A stretch of 64,000 bases of DNA from an uncultured delta proteobacterium (GCA_963745835.1 CAVUZH010000013.1:160001-224000), one strand, 5' to 3'. Positions 30,116-40,815 are shown, counted from the stretch's first letter. The notes: generated by a model from the sequence alone, not told the origin. Numbers and translations: made by a program.

Positions 30116-30374
30116 ACTAAATTGATGACGGTGTACGTTAACATGGACGACAAACCTGTCAAGGATCGGATATCACCGCCTCAAGGCATCGTCGAACTGA
30201 ATGACATTCAATACGCCTCCCGAACCTCGAGACGAACAACGCGCAATAATGACTGTAATTTTTCCGGTGCAGAAAGTTTTTTTCCTCATCGCCGTCACGT
30301 CAATCGAATATTTTTTATAGACGAAATTTACTTTCGATATTAACATACGGCCAAAAATTTAAACGGAGGAATTC

Positions 30375-31190
30375 ATGGCGAAATTCGCATTGTGCATTGG
30401 TATTAATGATTATCCAGGAACAGGAAGCGATCTGTCCGGCTGTGTCAACGATGTTCGAGACTGGAGCGTCCTGCTTCAGAAGAAGGGATTTGCCGTTCTG
30501 CAGATCATTGATAAGAAGGCAACCGGCAAAAATATTCGAAGCGCCATCGAATCGACGATCGGCGGAGCAAAAAGCGGCGATGCCGTCATCATTCAATACT
30601 CCGGACATGGATCGTATGTGCCGGATGAAAACGGCGACGAACCGGATGGCACCGACGAATGTATCTGCCCCTATGACATCAATTCAAAAGGTCCGATTAC
30701 CGATGACGAGCTCTTCGAACTCTATAGCAGCAAGAAGACCGGCGTTAAGCTCCTGGTAATTTCAGATTCCTGCCATTCGGGAACCGTCGCGAAGTTCGCG
30801 CCCATCACCACCCCGCCGACGATTAAAGGAAGGGGCGCGCCCACTCGCAAAGTGCGCTTCTTGCCGCCGGCAACTTTCTTATCAAAACGCGACATCGGCA
30901 AACTCGGCATCGGCCGCGGCTTACGCCGTTCCGCTCCTCCAGGACGTTATGCAGCGCTCCTGATGGCTGGTTGCCAGGATACCGAATATAGCTATGACGC
31001 TTCCTTTCAGGGGCGTCCCAACGGCGCCTTCACATTCGTCGCGATCCGCGCGCTCTCCGGTCTCTCGCCCAAGGCGAGCTACAAGCAATGGTATCAGGCC
31101 ATTCGCAAAGCGCTTCCTTCACAGCAATATCCGCAGTCGCCCAATCTCTATGGCACTTCGCGTATGAAGGCATGGAAGATATTGGCGTAG
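30375..31190 (+). CDS. Metacaspase / caspase family (peptidase C14) protein
   Basis: ALCIGINDY, LSGCVND, YSGHGS (catalytic His), DSCHSG (catalytic Cys), GAFT, QSPNL; GGAGG RBS. Confidence 0.95.
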   Translation: MAKFALCIGINDYPGTGSDLSGCVNDVRDWSVLLQKKGFAVLQIIDKKATGKNIRSAIESTIGGAKSGDAVIIQYSGHGSYVPDENGDEPDGTDECICPYDINSKGPITDDELFELYSSKKTGVKLLVISDSCHSGTVAKFAPITTPPTIKGRGAPTRKVRFLPPATFLSKRDIGKLGIGRGLRRSAPPGRYAALLMAGCQDTEYSYDASFQGRPNGAFTFVAIRALSGLSPKASYKQWYQAIRKALPSQQYPQSPNLYGTSRMKAWKILA

Positions 31191-31256
31191 AGCTTCTGGC
31201 AACACTCGGATGCCGATTGCCGTGAGATCTAACGGTGCGCTCAATCGCATTGGCAC

Positions 31257-31329
31257 ATTCGTGTTCGTGTTTTCGTGTTCGTGCTCGTTCAGAATTCTCG
31301 ATCACGTTTTCACTGACACGAGCACGACG
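31257..31329. repeat. TCGTGT/TCGTGC short tandem repeats with inverted ACACGAGCACGA block
   Basis: TTCGTGTTCGTGTTTTCGTGTTCGTGCTCGTT...ACACGAGCACGAC. Confidence 0.6.
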
Positions 31330-31336
31330 TTCCGTG

Positions 31337-31384
31337 TCGCCTTTGAGGCTTTTTGAGCAGCGTGTGATCAGAATAAACTGTTAG
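31337..31384 (-). mobile_element. MITE fragment, copy D (inverted)
   Basis: TCGCCTT..TTTTTGAGCAGC..AAACTGTTAG matches the reverse complement of the left part of copy B. Confidence 0.6.
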
Positions 31385-31414
31385 TCAACTCTGATCGACA
31401 GAAGGATTTAAAAG

Positions 31415-33517
31415 ATGCCGACGAAAACCATCGAGATTGCCGGCCGGCCAATTACGCTGGATGCGCGACCGGATCGTCTTGACCTGCGCGACTTACCTTA
31501 TCGCCCATCGGTCGTCTCCTTGGCGCCGATTTATCCGGGCGAAAAGGACATTTCGAAGCTTTTGCCGCGCTATCTCGCCGCCGGTCTCGTTCTCGATCAA
31601 GAATCAGAAGGCGCCTGCACCGGATTTGGTTTGGCGGCAGTGATCAACTATTTGTTGTGGCGCAGATCCGACCTGAAGCTTAAAAGTAAGGACAAGGTTA
31701 GTCCGCGAATGCTTTATCACTTGGCGCGTTTCTACGATGAATGGCCTGGGGAAGGTTATGAAGGGTCGAGCTGCCGGGGAGCGCTCAAAGGTTGGCACCG
31801 CCACGGCGTATGCAGCGACATTCTTTGGCCCTACAGAGATGAAAATGGGGCTCATTTCATTCCCCCGACCGAGGGATGGCACACCGATGCGATTGGGCGA
31901 CCGCTGGGGGTCTACTATCGGGTCGACCGTCAATCGGTGGTCGATATTCAAGCCGCGATCTATGACACAGGGGCAGTCTACGTGTCGGCCAACGTGCATG
32001 AAGGTTGGGACGTGAAAGCGAAACAAGGCGCAGTAACTCACAAAACCCTGCCAGTAATCGATGCCAGTAACAAAGGATTAGGCGGCCACGCTTTCGCTCT
32101 AGTCGGTTACAACGATATCGGTTTTATCGTGCAGAACTCTTGGGGCGGGAGATGGGGCGCTTCGGGTTTCGCAGTTCTTCCTTATGATGACTGGATAGCC
32201 AACGGGACGGATGCCTGGGTTATGTCACTGGGCGCGCCGGTTCAGAATCTGCGCCAGCGACAATACTTCGTCAGAAGTAGCGGCGGCCTTTCATCAACAC
32301 CGACGAGTTCCGGCTTGATTGGCCCGGCTCTCGCCCGGCGCCAATCGTCGCAGATGTGCTGGTCTGAGCAGGAAGCGTATTGGCACACCATCGTTACCGG
32401 AAACGACGGACACGTCGTTAACCGTCTGCCCCACGTTGCCGATGAAAAGGGCAATATCGATTGGGTCAGCTATGAGCAGCCTTTGAAATGGTTCAAAGCC
32501 AACGCGCGCAATGCCCCCTGGCGCATCGCTATTTATGCGCACGGCGGTCTCAACTCTGAAGGCGATTCGATCGAGCGGATCCGTCTCCTGGGACCCTGCT
32601 TCCGTGAAAACGGCATCTTTCCCGTGTTCACGACTTGGAAGAGCGGCTGGCACGAGACGTTTGGGAGTATGTTGGCCGACGGCATGAAGAATTTATTTGG
32701 CGATCAGATCGTGCCCCGGCGCGGATTGGGGGACATGCTGGTGGAAGCCTCCGACCGCGCTTTGGAAGTATTTCTACGCGGCGTGGTCGGCAAAAGCATC
32801 TGGTCCGAAATGAAAGAGAATGTGACTCGTTCCATCGAGGCGGGACGCGGCGTCGACCAGCTCGCGGAACAGGTGAAGCGATTGGCCGCAGATTCCGGCG
32901 GCAAGTTGCAGGTTCATCTCGTCGGTCACTCGGCGGGATCGTTTATTTGCGGCCGTTTGTTATCCGAGCTCAGGCAAAAAAATATCAAAGTAAAATCCTG
33001 CACGCTTTACGCTCCAGCCTGCGACCTCAAGTTCGCGCTGGATCATTTCAAACCGGCTATTGAAGACCATCAACTCGCCCGATCCGAGTTTCGCATCCAT
33101 GTTTTATCAGACCAGCTGGAACGTGATGACAGCGTCGGTCCGTACCAAAAATCCTTGCTCTATCTGGTAAGTCGCGCGCTTGATCGATGGCACAAAACTC
33201 CGGTGCTCGGCATGGCCAACGCGTTCGACGGTGCGCGCGTCACGGAAGAATATTGGCATAGCGATACCCTGGACCAGGTCAAACAGTGGCAGAAGTTTTT
33301 CTGGGGCGGTTCGGTCCCCAAAGGATTCGCTGGCGACGGCAAAGCTAAAGTAAGCGGTAACCTTCATGTTCTGTCAGCATCGCAGGTCAACGTCGGCAGC
33401 CGCTACATCAAGAGCAGCCACGGCTGCTTCGATAATGACCTCGACGTGATCAGGCCGACCTTGAAAAACATCTTTGGCAGCGATCTACGCCGGGAGATCA
33501 TCGATCTGGATTATTGA
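31415..33517 (+). CDS. C1 (papain-like) peptidase fused to an alpha/beta hydrolase
   Basis: DQESEGACTGF (Cys), GGHAFALVGY (His), QNSWG (Asn); C-terminal half has AHGGLN, HLVGHSAGS (GxSxG) and SSHGCFDND. Confidence 0.9.
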   Translation: MPTKTIEIAGRPITLDARPDRLDLRDLPYRPSVVSLAPIYPGEKDISKLLPRYLAAGLVLDQESEGACTGFGLAAVINYLLWRRSDLKLKSKDKVSPRMLYHLARFYDEWPGEGYEGSSCRGALKGWHRHGVCSDILWPYRDENGAHFIPPTEGWHTDAIGRPLGVYYRVDRQSVVDIQAAIYDTGAVYVSANVHEGWDVKAKQGAVTHKTLPVIDASNKGLGGHAFALVGYNDIGFIVQNSWGGRWGASGFAVLPYDDWIANGTDAWVMSLGAPVQNLRQRQYFVRSSGGLSSTPTSSGLIGPALARRQSSQMCWSEQEAYWHTIVTGNDGHVVNRLPHVADEKGNIDWVSYEQPLKWFKANARNAPWRIAIYAHGGLNSEGDSIERIRLLGPCFRENGIFPVFTTWKSGWHETFGSMLADGMKNLFGDQIVPRRGLGDMLVEASDRALEVFLRGVVGKSIWSEMKENVTRSIEAGRGVDQLAEQVKRLAADSGGKLQVHLVGHSAGSFICGRLLSELRQKNIKVKSCTLYAPACDLKFALDHFKPAIEDHQLARSEFRIHVLSDQLERDDSVGPYQKSLLYLVSRALDRWHKTPVLGMANAFDGARVTEEYWHSDTLDQVKQWQKFFWGGSVPKGFAGDGKAKVSGNLHVLSASQVNVGSRYIKSSHGCFDNDLDVIRPTLKNIFGSDLRREIIDLDY

Positions 33518-33961
33518 AGTCAATCAGATCAAGGATCGGTAAGACATCGAAGTTCTCGGACCGGAGAGATCCTCTGCTGCCGCGCTGACTTGGTCCTTTT
33601 CGCCTGCTAATTTCATACTTCTCTCTCGCCTCTATAAAGACGGCCGCACCACTAATTCTTCCAGTAATCTGGTTCGAAGTTTCGTGGTGACTCTGCGGTG
33701 TTCGTCGGCGAACCACATAAAGTTCCACGGTAGGGAAAACTACCTTTGGGTGTATCGCCGTCTGGCTTAAGACGCACGTTAGTGAGTGAGTTACTTAGGG
33801 ACGAGTTTGCATCGTGCGACCGGAACAAGCAGACGGGTTCAATTTAGGGTTGGACAGTTGCGCTTTACTCTCGACAAGCGATCCTGTCTTGTGTCGGAGA
33901 TGCACGTCGCGCCAATTCTCGCTTGGTAGCTGCTTTCGTCGAGGGCACACAACGGACAAGT

Positions 33962-34744
33962 TCAAGCGGACTTCTCTTGGGCACCCCGAGGACGCCATCG
34001 TAGAAGCCAATGCTCGATGGCTTCTGCCGCCACGAAAAGAATCAGAACGAAGAACATGATGAGAAATATGAGCCCCATGGTCAGCGCTGCGTTATAAGTG
34101 CTCTGCGCAAACTGAAGCAGATAACCGAGACCTCGAGTCGCTGCAACAAACTCCCCAACGACGGCACCCGTGAAAGCAAAACCGACAGCAACTTTGAGAC
34201 TGCCGAGCACCCAGGCAGTGACGGACGGAATATAGACTTCTCGGAGCAAGATCATACGTCCGCCGCCAAGCGTGCGTACCCGATCGACCAAGAGCTGATG
34301 GACATCCTTGATTCCGCTATACACCGCGAAAAACATCAGCACTGCGACGAGAACGACCGCAAGGGCGATCTTGGAAGGAAGTTCGATGCCAAGCCAGATT
34401 ACGAATAACGGCGCCAGGATAACCCGTGGTATGGCGTTCAAAAGCATCATGACCGGCTCGAGGACGTCGGCGACAAATGGAATCAGCGCGGCGGCAAAAC
34501 CAAAGAAGACCCCAAGCACTAGCCCGATCACAAGCCCGGCCAAGGCGGCGGTGAAGGTCGCTTCCAAATGGCCGAGAATCGTTCCCTCGGTAAACAAGGA
34601 AATGACCACTCTTAAGATTTCACTCGGAGCCGGAGCATAAAAGGGGTCTATGGTTCCGAACTGCGCCAATGCCTCCCATAAAACCGTGAGCACCAGTAAC
34701 GAAAGGAGACGACGCACCCACACCTTTTCTATGTAGGGTTTCAT
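33962..34744 (-). CDS. ABC transporter permease (NitT/TauT family)
   Basis: NAIPRVILAPLFVIWLG, GAVVGEF..GLGY; multiple TM segments. Confidence 0.95.
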   Translation of the reverse strand: MKPYIEKVWVRRLLSLLVLTVLWEALAQFGTIDPFYAPAPSEILRVVISLFTEGTILGHLEATFTAALAGLVIGLVLGVFFGFAAALIPFVADVLEPVMMLLNAIPRVILAPLFVIWLGIELPSKIALAVVLVAVLMFFAVYSGIKDVHQLLVDRVRTLGGGRMILLREVYIPSVTAWVLGSLKVAVGFAFTGAVVGEFVAATRGLGYLLQFAQSTYNAALTMGLIFLIMFFVLILFVAAEAIEHWLLRWRPRGAQEKSA

Positions 34745-34753
34745 CTCGCGTCC

Positions 34754-35500
34754 CTAAACTTGCGGCGAGCTCATAGCGTCGGACATGTCATTCCATAGCC
34801 TCTCAAGCAGCGGGACAAAACTAGGATGTCTGCGACTGGCGAAGATATCCCGAGGACGAGGAATCGAGACTTCATACGAGGTTTGGACTCGCGCCCTTGG
34901 ACCTTGCGAAAGCAAATACACCGTGTCGGAAACGGTCAACGCTTCTTCAAGGTCATGGGTCACCAACAGCACGCTAAGATGCTCGCGTTCTACCCAGTTT
35001 AGCAGTTCCTGGGTGATTCGCGTTCGAACAATCGCATCCAAAGCGGCGAAGGGCTCGTCCATGAGCAGCAATTGCGGCTTCAAGGCGAGCACCTGGGCGA
35101 TAGCGACGCGCTTTCTTTGCCCGCCCGATAGTTCGTGGGGGAAACGCCGGCCAAAACCGTCAAGTGAGAGTCGATTCAGCCAGCCGTCGGCCTCGGTTAG
35201 CGCCGTGGTTTTCGAAACCTTTCGAATGCGCAGACCCAGTGCGACATTTTCACGGACAGTCCGCCAGGGCAAGAGCGCATCGTCTTGAAACAGAAACCCG
35301 ACCGACTCTTGGCCATCGGTTAGATCGACACGCCCCGAGTGAGGCGTGAGCAGGCCAGTTATCGCCCGCAAGATGCTCGTCTTGCCGGACCCTGACGGCC
35401 CGACAAGACTGACGAATTTGCCTCGGGGGACTTCGAGGCTAACTCCTTCCAGTACGGGTTCTTCGCCATAACCTAAAGCAAGATCGAAGACGCGAAGCAC
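34754..35500 (-). CDS. ABC transporter ATP-binding protein (NitT/TauT family)
   Basis: Walker A GPSGSGKT, LSGGQ, LLLMDEPF, VTHD. Confidence 0.95.
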   Translation of the reverse strand: MLRVFDLALGYGEEPVLEGVSLEVPRGKFVSLVGPSGSGKTSILRAITGLLTPHSGRVDLTDGQESVGFLFQDDALLPWRTVRENVALGLRIRKVSKTTALTEADGWLNRLSLDGFGRRFPHELSGGQRKRVAIAQVLALKPQLLLMDEPFAALDAIVRTRITQELLNWVEREHLSVLLVTHDLEEALTVSDTVYLLSQGPRARVQTSYEVSIPRPRDIFASRRHPSFVPLLERLWNDMSDAMSSPQV

Positions 35501-36565
35501 TTAATTCCCGACTATGGATAGATCGAGCAAGGCTTTGTAATCGACAGATGAAGCCAGCAGGCCTGCGCTTGTATGCGCTTCAGCTACGCGATTAGTGGCA
35601 GATGGATCGATTCTGACGTTGTCAGGATAGAGAGATTTGCGGTAACGCTCGAGAATCGTCGCCAGCCGGTCCCGGTTAGCGCCGGTGATTAGCTCCTTGG
35701 GCAGCGCAGCCACAGCTTCTTTCGTAGGTATGTTACGCGTGTCCTGCAGTCCCTTGGCGAGCGCGCGGGTAAGGCGACCCATTTCCTCGCGGCGTTTGTC
35801 GCGTTCTTCGACGCGCACGGCAACACCCATAAATTCGTATGGCCCGCCAAGATAACGGTTTGCTTCCTCGATCTCCATTATGTTGGCGATCACTCCACCA
35901 CCGGCGCCGGTGACTAGCGTCAATGCCGGCTCTTGCACCATACCCGCAGCGACCTGTCCGAGCCTCAACGCATCGTAAAGATTGGGACCAAGAGTCGCGA
36001 AACGAACTCGGTCGGGATCGGCACCCGCACGCTTCATAAGGTGAATGACTAAGATATGGTCGGCGTTGCCCAAGCCCGAGATCCCCACGGTACGGTTCTC
36101 GAGATCCTTAAGGCTCCGTATCTCTTTTGCAGTCTTCGGACCCGTTGCGAGGGCAAAGAGCGGCAATCTCCCAGTCGAGGCGAAGCGGGCTATTTTGGCG
36201 CCGTGGGCAAAAGCCTGAAGCGCAACATCAAAAGACGTCCCCGCGTAATCCACCGCGCCACCGACCAGCGCCTGCATGGCGACATTGCCGCCGCGGGTAT
36301 ATACCAGCCTCACATCGAGTCCTTCCTCCGCAAAATGGCCGCGCGCTCGCGTCACCTCGTAGGGAACGACACATAGCAATTGACCACAAAAAGCGAGCAG
36401 GACTTGACGGCCTTGACCATAGGCATTTCTCTTCGAGACGAACATAATGCCGCTGGCCAGGCCCGCCAACTGTTTCAAGACGGTGCGTCGATTGATTTGC
36501 TTATCGCTGTCGGGTAATTCAGGTTCGCTCGAAAAATCGGGAGTCAACTTTTCACAGCAATCCAT
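35501..36565 (-). CDS. ABC transporter substrate-binding protein, Tat-exported, Cys-containing
   Basis: AAGGAGG RBS before MDCCEK (36565); NRRTVLK Tat motif; FCGQLLC; EEGLDV. Confidence 0.9.
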   Translation of the reverse strand: MDCCEKLTPDFSSEPELPDSDKQINRRTVLKQLAGLASGIMFVSKRNAYGQGRQVLLAFCGQLLCVVPYEVTRARGHFAEEGLDVRLVYTRGGNVAMQALVGGAVDYAGTSFDVALQAFAHGAKIARFASTGRLPLFALATGPKTAKEIRSLKDLENRTVGISGLGNADHILVIHLMKRAGADPDRVRFATLGPNLYDALRLGQVAAGMVQEPALTLVTGAGGGVIANIMEIEEANRYLGGPYEFMGVAVRVEERDKRREEMGRLTRALAKGLQDTRNIPTKEAVAALPKELITGANRDRLATILERYRKSLYPDNVRIDPSATNRVAEAHTSAGLLASSVDYKALLDLSIVGN

Positions 36566-36857
36566 AGTGGCCTCCTTGGGCGAGCTCTCAACCCCGCACA
36601 CGATTACCGTTCAGTTGAAGTACTATACAGCGAAGAGGTCATTAAAATACAACAAAGAAGTGAAAAGAGAAATAAACCTGTAAACAGTTCGGTGTCAAAT
36701 CAGCCGATCCTGTTGCTTCCATTAGCGTAGGCGCCGAGCCAATATCCTTGTTGTTGCCAAAGTTGATAACCGATTGTAGAGTTCGATTCATCAGACTGGT
36801 TCTGATCGATTGCAGTACCCGATGCCTCATGGCGCCAAATATGGAGAAGGAGTCCCA

Positions 36858-37613
36858 ATGAGCGATTACAAAAAAATAGCCGATGGTTTGACGAGTTCAT
36901 TGCAGTTGTCACAGCGGCCGATTGCCATGTCATTCACGAATGTGCCGCCTTCCGGCGTTCACGCATTCAATGGCGTCGTTCCAGCCGGGTGCTCCTTTTG
37001 GCAGCTAGCGGCGGCGAGCATGTTTTACACATCCGCGAAGGATCACGAGCTTTGCTCTATCGGCATCCACACACACCACTTGGCGCAGCCGTCGCCCTCC
37101 TACCAATCCGAGCTGCAGGACGCGCTACAAGCGATGAGCGGCCTGGATTATATCCGACCAGACGAAGTCGCGGCGATCCCTGTGGTGCAACATGAAGTCC
37201 GTTACGTCTTGTATGGTCCTCTTGTTGAATTCCGCACCGATCCGGACGTGGTCCTCTTGTTCGCTCAGGCCCAACAGAGTCTGGTTCTCAGCGAGGCGGT
37301 TAGTCGGGTCGACAAAGGGATCCCGCCTGCAATGGGACGGCCTGCCTGCGCCGTTGTCCCGCAGGTACTCAATACCGGCCGTGCGGCGATGAGCCTAGGG
37401 TGCTGCGGCGCCCGCGCCTATCTTGACGTGTTATCCGAAAATATAGCGATGTGGGCATTTCCGGGGCAAAAGCTGGAGCAGTATAGCGCGGCAGTCGACG
37501 CGCTCGCCCGCGCCAACAAAACCCTCTCTGCGTTTCACGCGCAGCGCAAAGAAGACGTCAGATCTGGCGCGCGGCCAACCGTGCGCCAGTCTCTCGATCG
37601 TCTGGCATCGTAG
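36858..37613 (+). CDS. DUF169 family protein
   Basis: AAGGAG RBS before ATG 36858; GCSFW, LYGPL..DPDVVL, GRPACA, SLGCCGAR. Confidence 0.85.
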   Translation: MSDYKKIADGLTSSLQLSQRPIAMSFTNVPPSGVHAFNGVVPAGCSFWQLAAASMFYTSAKDHELCSIGIHTHHLAQPSPSYQSELQDALQAMSGLDYIRPDEVAAIPVVQHEVRYVLYGPLVEFRTDPDVVLLFAQAQQSLVLSEAVSRVDKGIPPAMGRPACAVVPQVLNTGRAAMSLGCCGARAYLDVLSENIAMWAFPGQKLEQYSAAVDALARANKTLSAFHAQRKEDVRSGARPTVRQSLDRLAS

Positions 37614-37689
37614 GTGCAACTCGGCGGAGATCATGCAACTTAGTTGGTAAGGTTCTCTATGCAGCATTTCTCGTACTCGGTAAAATGAC

Positions 37690-37963
37690 ACTTTTCATTG
37701 ATTGTAAACCTTGTCGGATGAAGCCGCTCTTATCCAATTCGCACACGATGCTCTCATGCACTAAATCTTCAACGTAAGACGCGCGCCGGGCCTGCGGCTG
37801 ATTGCTTCTTTGATTTGCGTTCGGCCAACGTTGCCAGGAACTGATCATAGAGTTTAGCGCTCGCGCTGGTGGCGGCTTCCGAGTAATCCTCGTGATTGAT
37901 TCTGCTGTGCTTGGCAATGATTCTCTTGCTCTGCTCCTTATTGGCGAAGAGTGGAATTCTCAT
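37690..37963 (-). pseudogene. Remnant of an NMT1-like binding protein C-terminus
   Basis: Fragments NKEQSKRIIAKHSR and DLVHESIVCELDKSGFI resemble the C-termini of intact paralogs at 27806 and 60961. Confidence 0.55.
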
Positions 37964-38066
37964 ACAACGTCCTTGAGGATTTAGTCAGGAAAGCTCGGCC
38001 CGCTAATCTCTTTCCTTTGATGCGCTTAATGTCTATCGCCGGAAAAGACGAGCCGCCACGATGTTT

Positions 38067-38513
38067 TTAGCTTGGAGACCCTTGCTTCAGAACCATCTTT
38101 CGATGAGCAATGCCGGCTTCATCGAAAACCGGACCGACGCAGCGGAACCCCGCGGATTCATAGAATTTGATAACGGCGACTTGCGCGTGAAGATAGATTT
38201 TCTCCGCGCCCTGCTTCTTTGCCGTCGAAATGGCGCAGGTCAACAATTTCTTGCCGACCTTTTTTCTTCGGTGAGTTTTGAGGACGGCCATGCGGCCGAT
38301 TTTGGCTTGGCCACCACGCATCACTATCCGAGCCGTGCCCACCGCCCTTCCCTCAAGAAAGGCCAGCAAGTGAAGGGCTCGTTTATCGTCGTCGTCCAAC
38401 TCAATGTCTGCGGGCACGCCCTGCTCCCGGACAAATACCCGGATGCGAATTCGCAAGGCCTGCTTCAACTCCTTATTAGTCGAGATTTTTTTGATGATGA
38501 TTCGTGGTTTCAT
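38067..38513 (-). CDS. GNAT family N-acetyltransferase (ElaA/YjcF-like)
   Basis: IRIRVFVREQGVP, KIGRMAVL..RRKKVG, LHAQ..FYE..GF, FDEAGIAH. Confidence 0.9.
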   Translation of the reverse strand: MKPRIIIKKISTNKELKQALRIRIRVFVREQGVPADIELDDDDKRALHLLAFLEGRAVGTARIVMRGGQAKIGRMAVLKTHRRKKVGKKLLTCAISTAKKQGAEKIYLHAQVAVIKFYESAGFRCVGPVFDEAGIAHRKMVLKQGSPS

Positions 38514-38691
38514 TGCGCTGCGCATGGTATCAAGATCGACTGCCGTGCAGCTATCCGCCTTAGAAGACACAACGTATAACAAAAGTTTCTGACTTCGAAT
38601 TTAGAACATTACGAATTCTCTTCTCAGCTTTGAACCGATGGGAGCCAAACTCGCGATGCTATCTGGTGCCGCTTCGTGTTAGATTGGACAC

Positions 38692-39828
38692 ATGGCCTCC
38701 GACTCCGGCGCGGCAGACAGCGATCCAGTACTTCAAACAGGCGTCTGCTATGTGCTCTTTGCCTATGATGCGGCGCGCTCCATCGATCTCGACGCCGCCG
38801 AACGTCGCATCCACGAAACGACCCAGCGCCAGACGATTCAGCACAAACGCCGCGCTCCCAGCTATCTTGAATATCAACCGCCACCGCTGAGATTAAGTCA
38901 GGAGATCCAGCCGATCAACATCGGCGAATGTAAAAGCCATCGAATGGTGAACCTGGTTCTCTACGATTTCGGCGCCGTCTCTGTGATCTATAGTATTCCG
39001 ATTCAGGGGCCCTTTGCGGCTTTGCTGGCGCTCAGCGAAGATCTGTACGACAACGAGATTCTGCTTACCGAATCGCGCCTGCGGGTGGAACAGATCGTCA
39101 GCGCTGTGGGTGACGCGGCGGTAAACGTGCATACCGTTAGTGTTGTGGAAGATTACGTCATTTTCCGTATCGCCGCTCTGGACCCGCCCGCGAGTCCAGA
39201 GGCTTTTTGCGCGAGCCATGCGCGCGACATTGCAAGAATCCTGCGCGCCGAACGGCAGAGTCTTTCCTTCCAGGAAGTTGAGGACGCGCTGAGCGCCCGG
39301 ACTTCTTATGGCGCCGACGATTTAACCATCATCGACTGGAACGCCGCGCTGCTCGTCGATCGCGAAGGCGACGACGTTCAGACGGTTTTAGAGTTTGCCA
39401 ATGTCGAGTTATTGGAAATGCGCTACCTCGATCAGAAACTCGACCGCGCGTTGTTTGAAGCTTACGAAACGCTATCGAAGCGGTCGTGGAGCTTGCCACG
39501 ATTTCTCGGCTATTACAGCGCTGATTTGCGCCGTGTAGCCGAGCTTCAAGTCGACAATGCGCTGTTGTTCGAAGGCGTCAACAACACGCTCAAGCTTCTC
39601 GGAGATCAGTATCTGGCGCGCGTCTACCGCCTGGTCAATCGGAGATTTCATCTGGCTGAATGGGACTCGAGCATCATTCGTAAGCTGCAAACGCTCGAAA
39701 GCATCTACGAAAAAATCGCCGATCAAGCGGCCACTCGCCGGTTGGAAATTCTTGAGTGGGTGATCATTCTGCTGATCGCATTTTCCATTTTGCTGGAATT
39801 TGTTCCACTGACCGGATCGCACCGGTGA
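38692..39828 (+). CDS. RMD1/DUF155-like membrane-anchored protein
   Basis: C-terminal FHL..W..KL..L..Y..RRLEILEWVIILLI pattern. Confidence 0.6.
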   Translation: MASDSGAADSDPVLQTGVCYVLFAYDAARSIDLDAAERRIHETTQRQTIQHKRRAPSYLEYQPPPLRLSQEIQPINIGECKSHRMVNLVLYDFGAVSVIYSIPIQGPFAALLALSEDLYDNEILLTESRLRVEQIVSAVGDAAVNVHTVSVVEDYVIFRIAALDPPASPEAFCASHARDIARILRAERQSLSFQEVEDALSARTSYGADDLTIIDWNAALLVDREGDDVQTVLEFANVELLEMRYLDQKLDRALFEAYETLSKRSWSLPRFLGYYSADLRRVAELQVDNALLFEGVNNTLKLLGDQYLARVYRLVNRRFHLAEWDSSIIRKLQTLESIYEKIADQAATRRLEILEWVIILLIAFSILLEFVPLTGSHR

Positions 39829-40029
39829 CGTAACAAGATGTGAGGTGTTGCCGCTCTCGCAACTCTTCGCGATTCGCTATTTGAGCAAGCTATACAATCT
39901 GGCATCTTGCGGATTGCGTGATTAGAATTCGTTGTTCCGGTGGGTGCCATGCAGCAACGTAGGGGTCGTGTCGGCCACCCCTATTCCTCGGTTAGGTTTT
40001 GCGCTAGGATCGATTTACCTCATTCGAAG

Positions 40030-40269
40030 ATGCGCCCGATCAATCACAAGGATCATCGAATAACCGTTCACCCGAAATGGAATGCCGAGACCCGATCTTG
40101 GGCGTGCGACGCCACAGTTTACATAACTGAGGCAGGTCGCTCAAAAATCATCCCGTTTTTTGACCCGGTGCGCCGTTACAAGATCAAGGCATCTGCGGTA
40201 ACTGCTATCCTAAACGCGATTCGATGCTGGATCGATCAGGGCAAACCCGAACAGCTCCCTGAGCAATAG
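40030..40269 (+). CDS. Small hypothetical protein
   Basis: 79 aa from ATG 40030, ending in WIDQGKP; plausible beta-rich small domain. Confidence 0.55.
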   Translation: MRPINHKDHRITVHPKWNAETRSWACDATVYITEAGRSKIIPFFDPVRRYKIKASAVTAILNAIRCWIDQGKPEQLPEQ

Positions 40270-40476
40270 GGCGAAATCTTTGCTGCGCATCGAATAAATG
40301 CCGCTTGACCTCTGTGCATTTTCTTAACTGATCTTGGAACTACCAACGTGGCTTTCAAACAGTCGCCGTATTAAAAATTTGCCAAAACGCGCTAGACTAA
40401 AGGTGAAGGTCGGCCGGCGGTACCAAGAGCTAAGTTGAGTGCGCGCCGACTGCTTGGGTGAGTTGGAAGCACTTAA

Positions 40477-40815
40477 GTGAGAGACTACGCTGATATAGGA
40501 GCTGGAGCAGCTTTAGCGTTAGCGGTGTTCCTGGCGCTGGGACTGATCCTTCACTGGTTTTTTTTCGTCTGCGCCCTTCCGGCGTTTGGGCTTTTCGTCT
40601 TTAGCGAATGGGCAACCGCTCGCCAACAGGCGCGCACCCCTGGGTACCGTTATAACTTCGATGAAGACGGCAACATCGAGGCCATCCAATGCGAAAGCTG
40701 TGGAAGAGCAAGTCACAGCCGACATGATATAGAGGCAAAGTATTGTAGTTTCTGCGGCCGTTACCACAAGCGACATGGTAACTTGAAAAAAACCGCCGGA
40801 AGTTCTCGATCATGA
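40477..40815 (+). CDS. Membrane protein with C-terminal zinc-ribbon
   Basis: Two TM segments, then CESC...CSFC. Confidence 0.6.
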   Translation: MRDYADIGAGAALALAVFLALGLILHWFFFVCALPAFGLFVFSEWATARQQARTPGYRYNFDEDGNIEAIQCESCGRASHSRHDIEAKYCSFCGRYHKRHGNLKKTAGSSRS

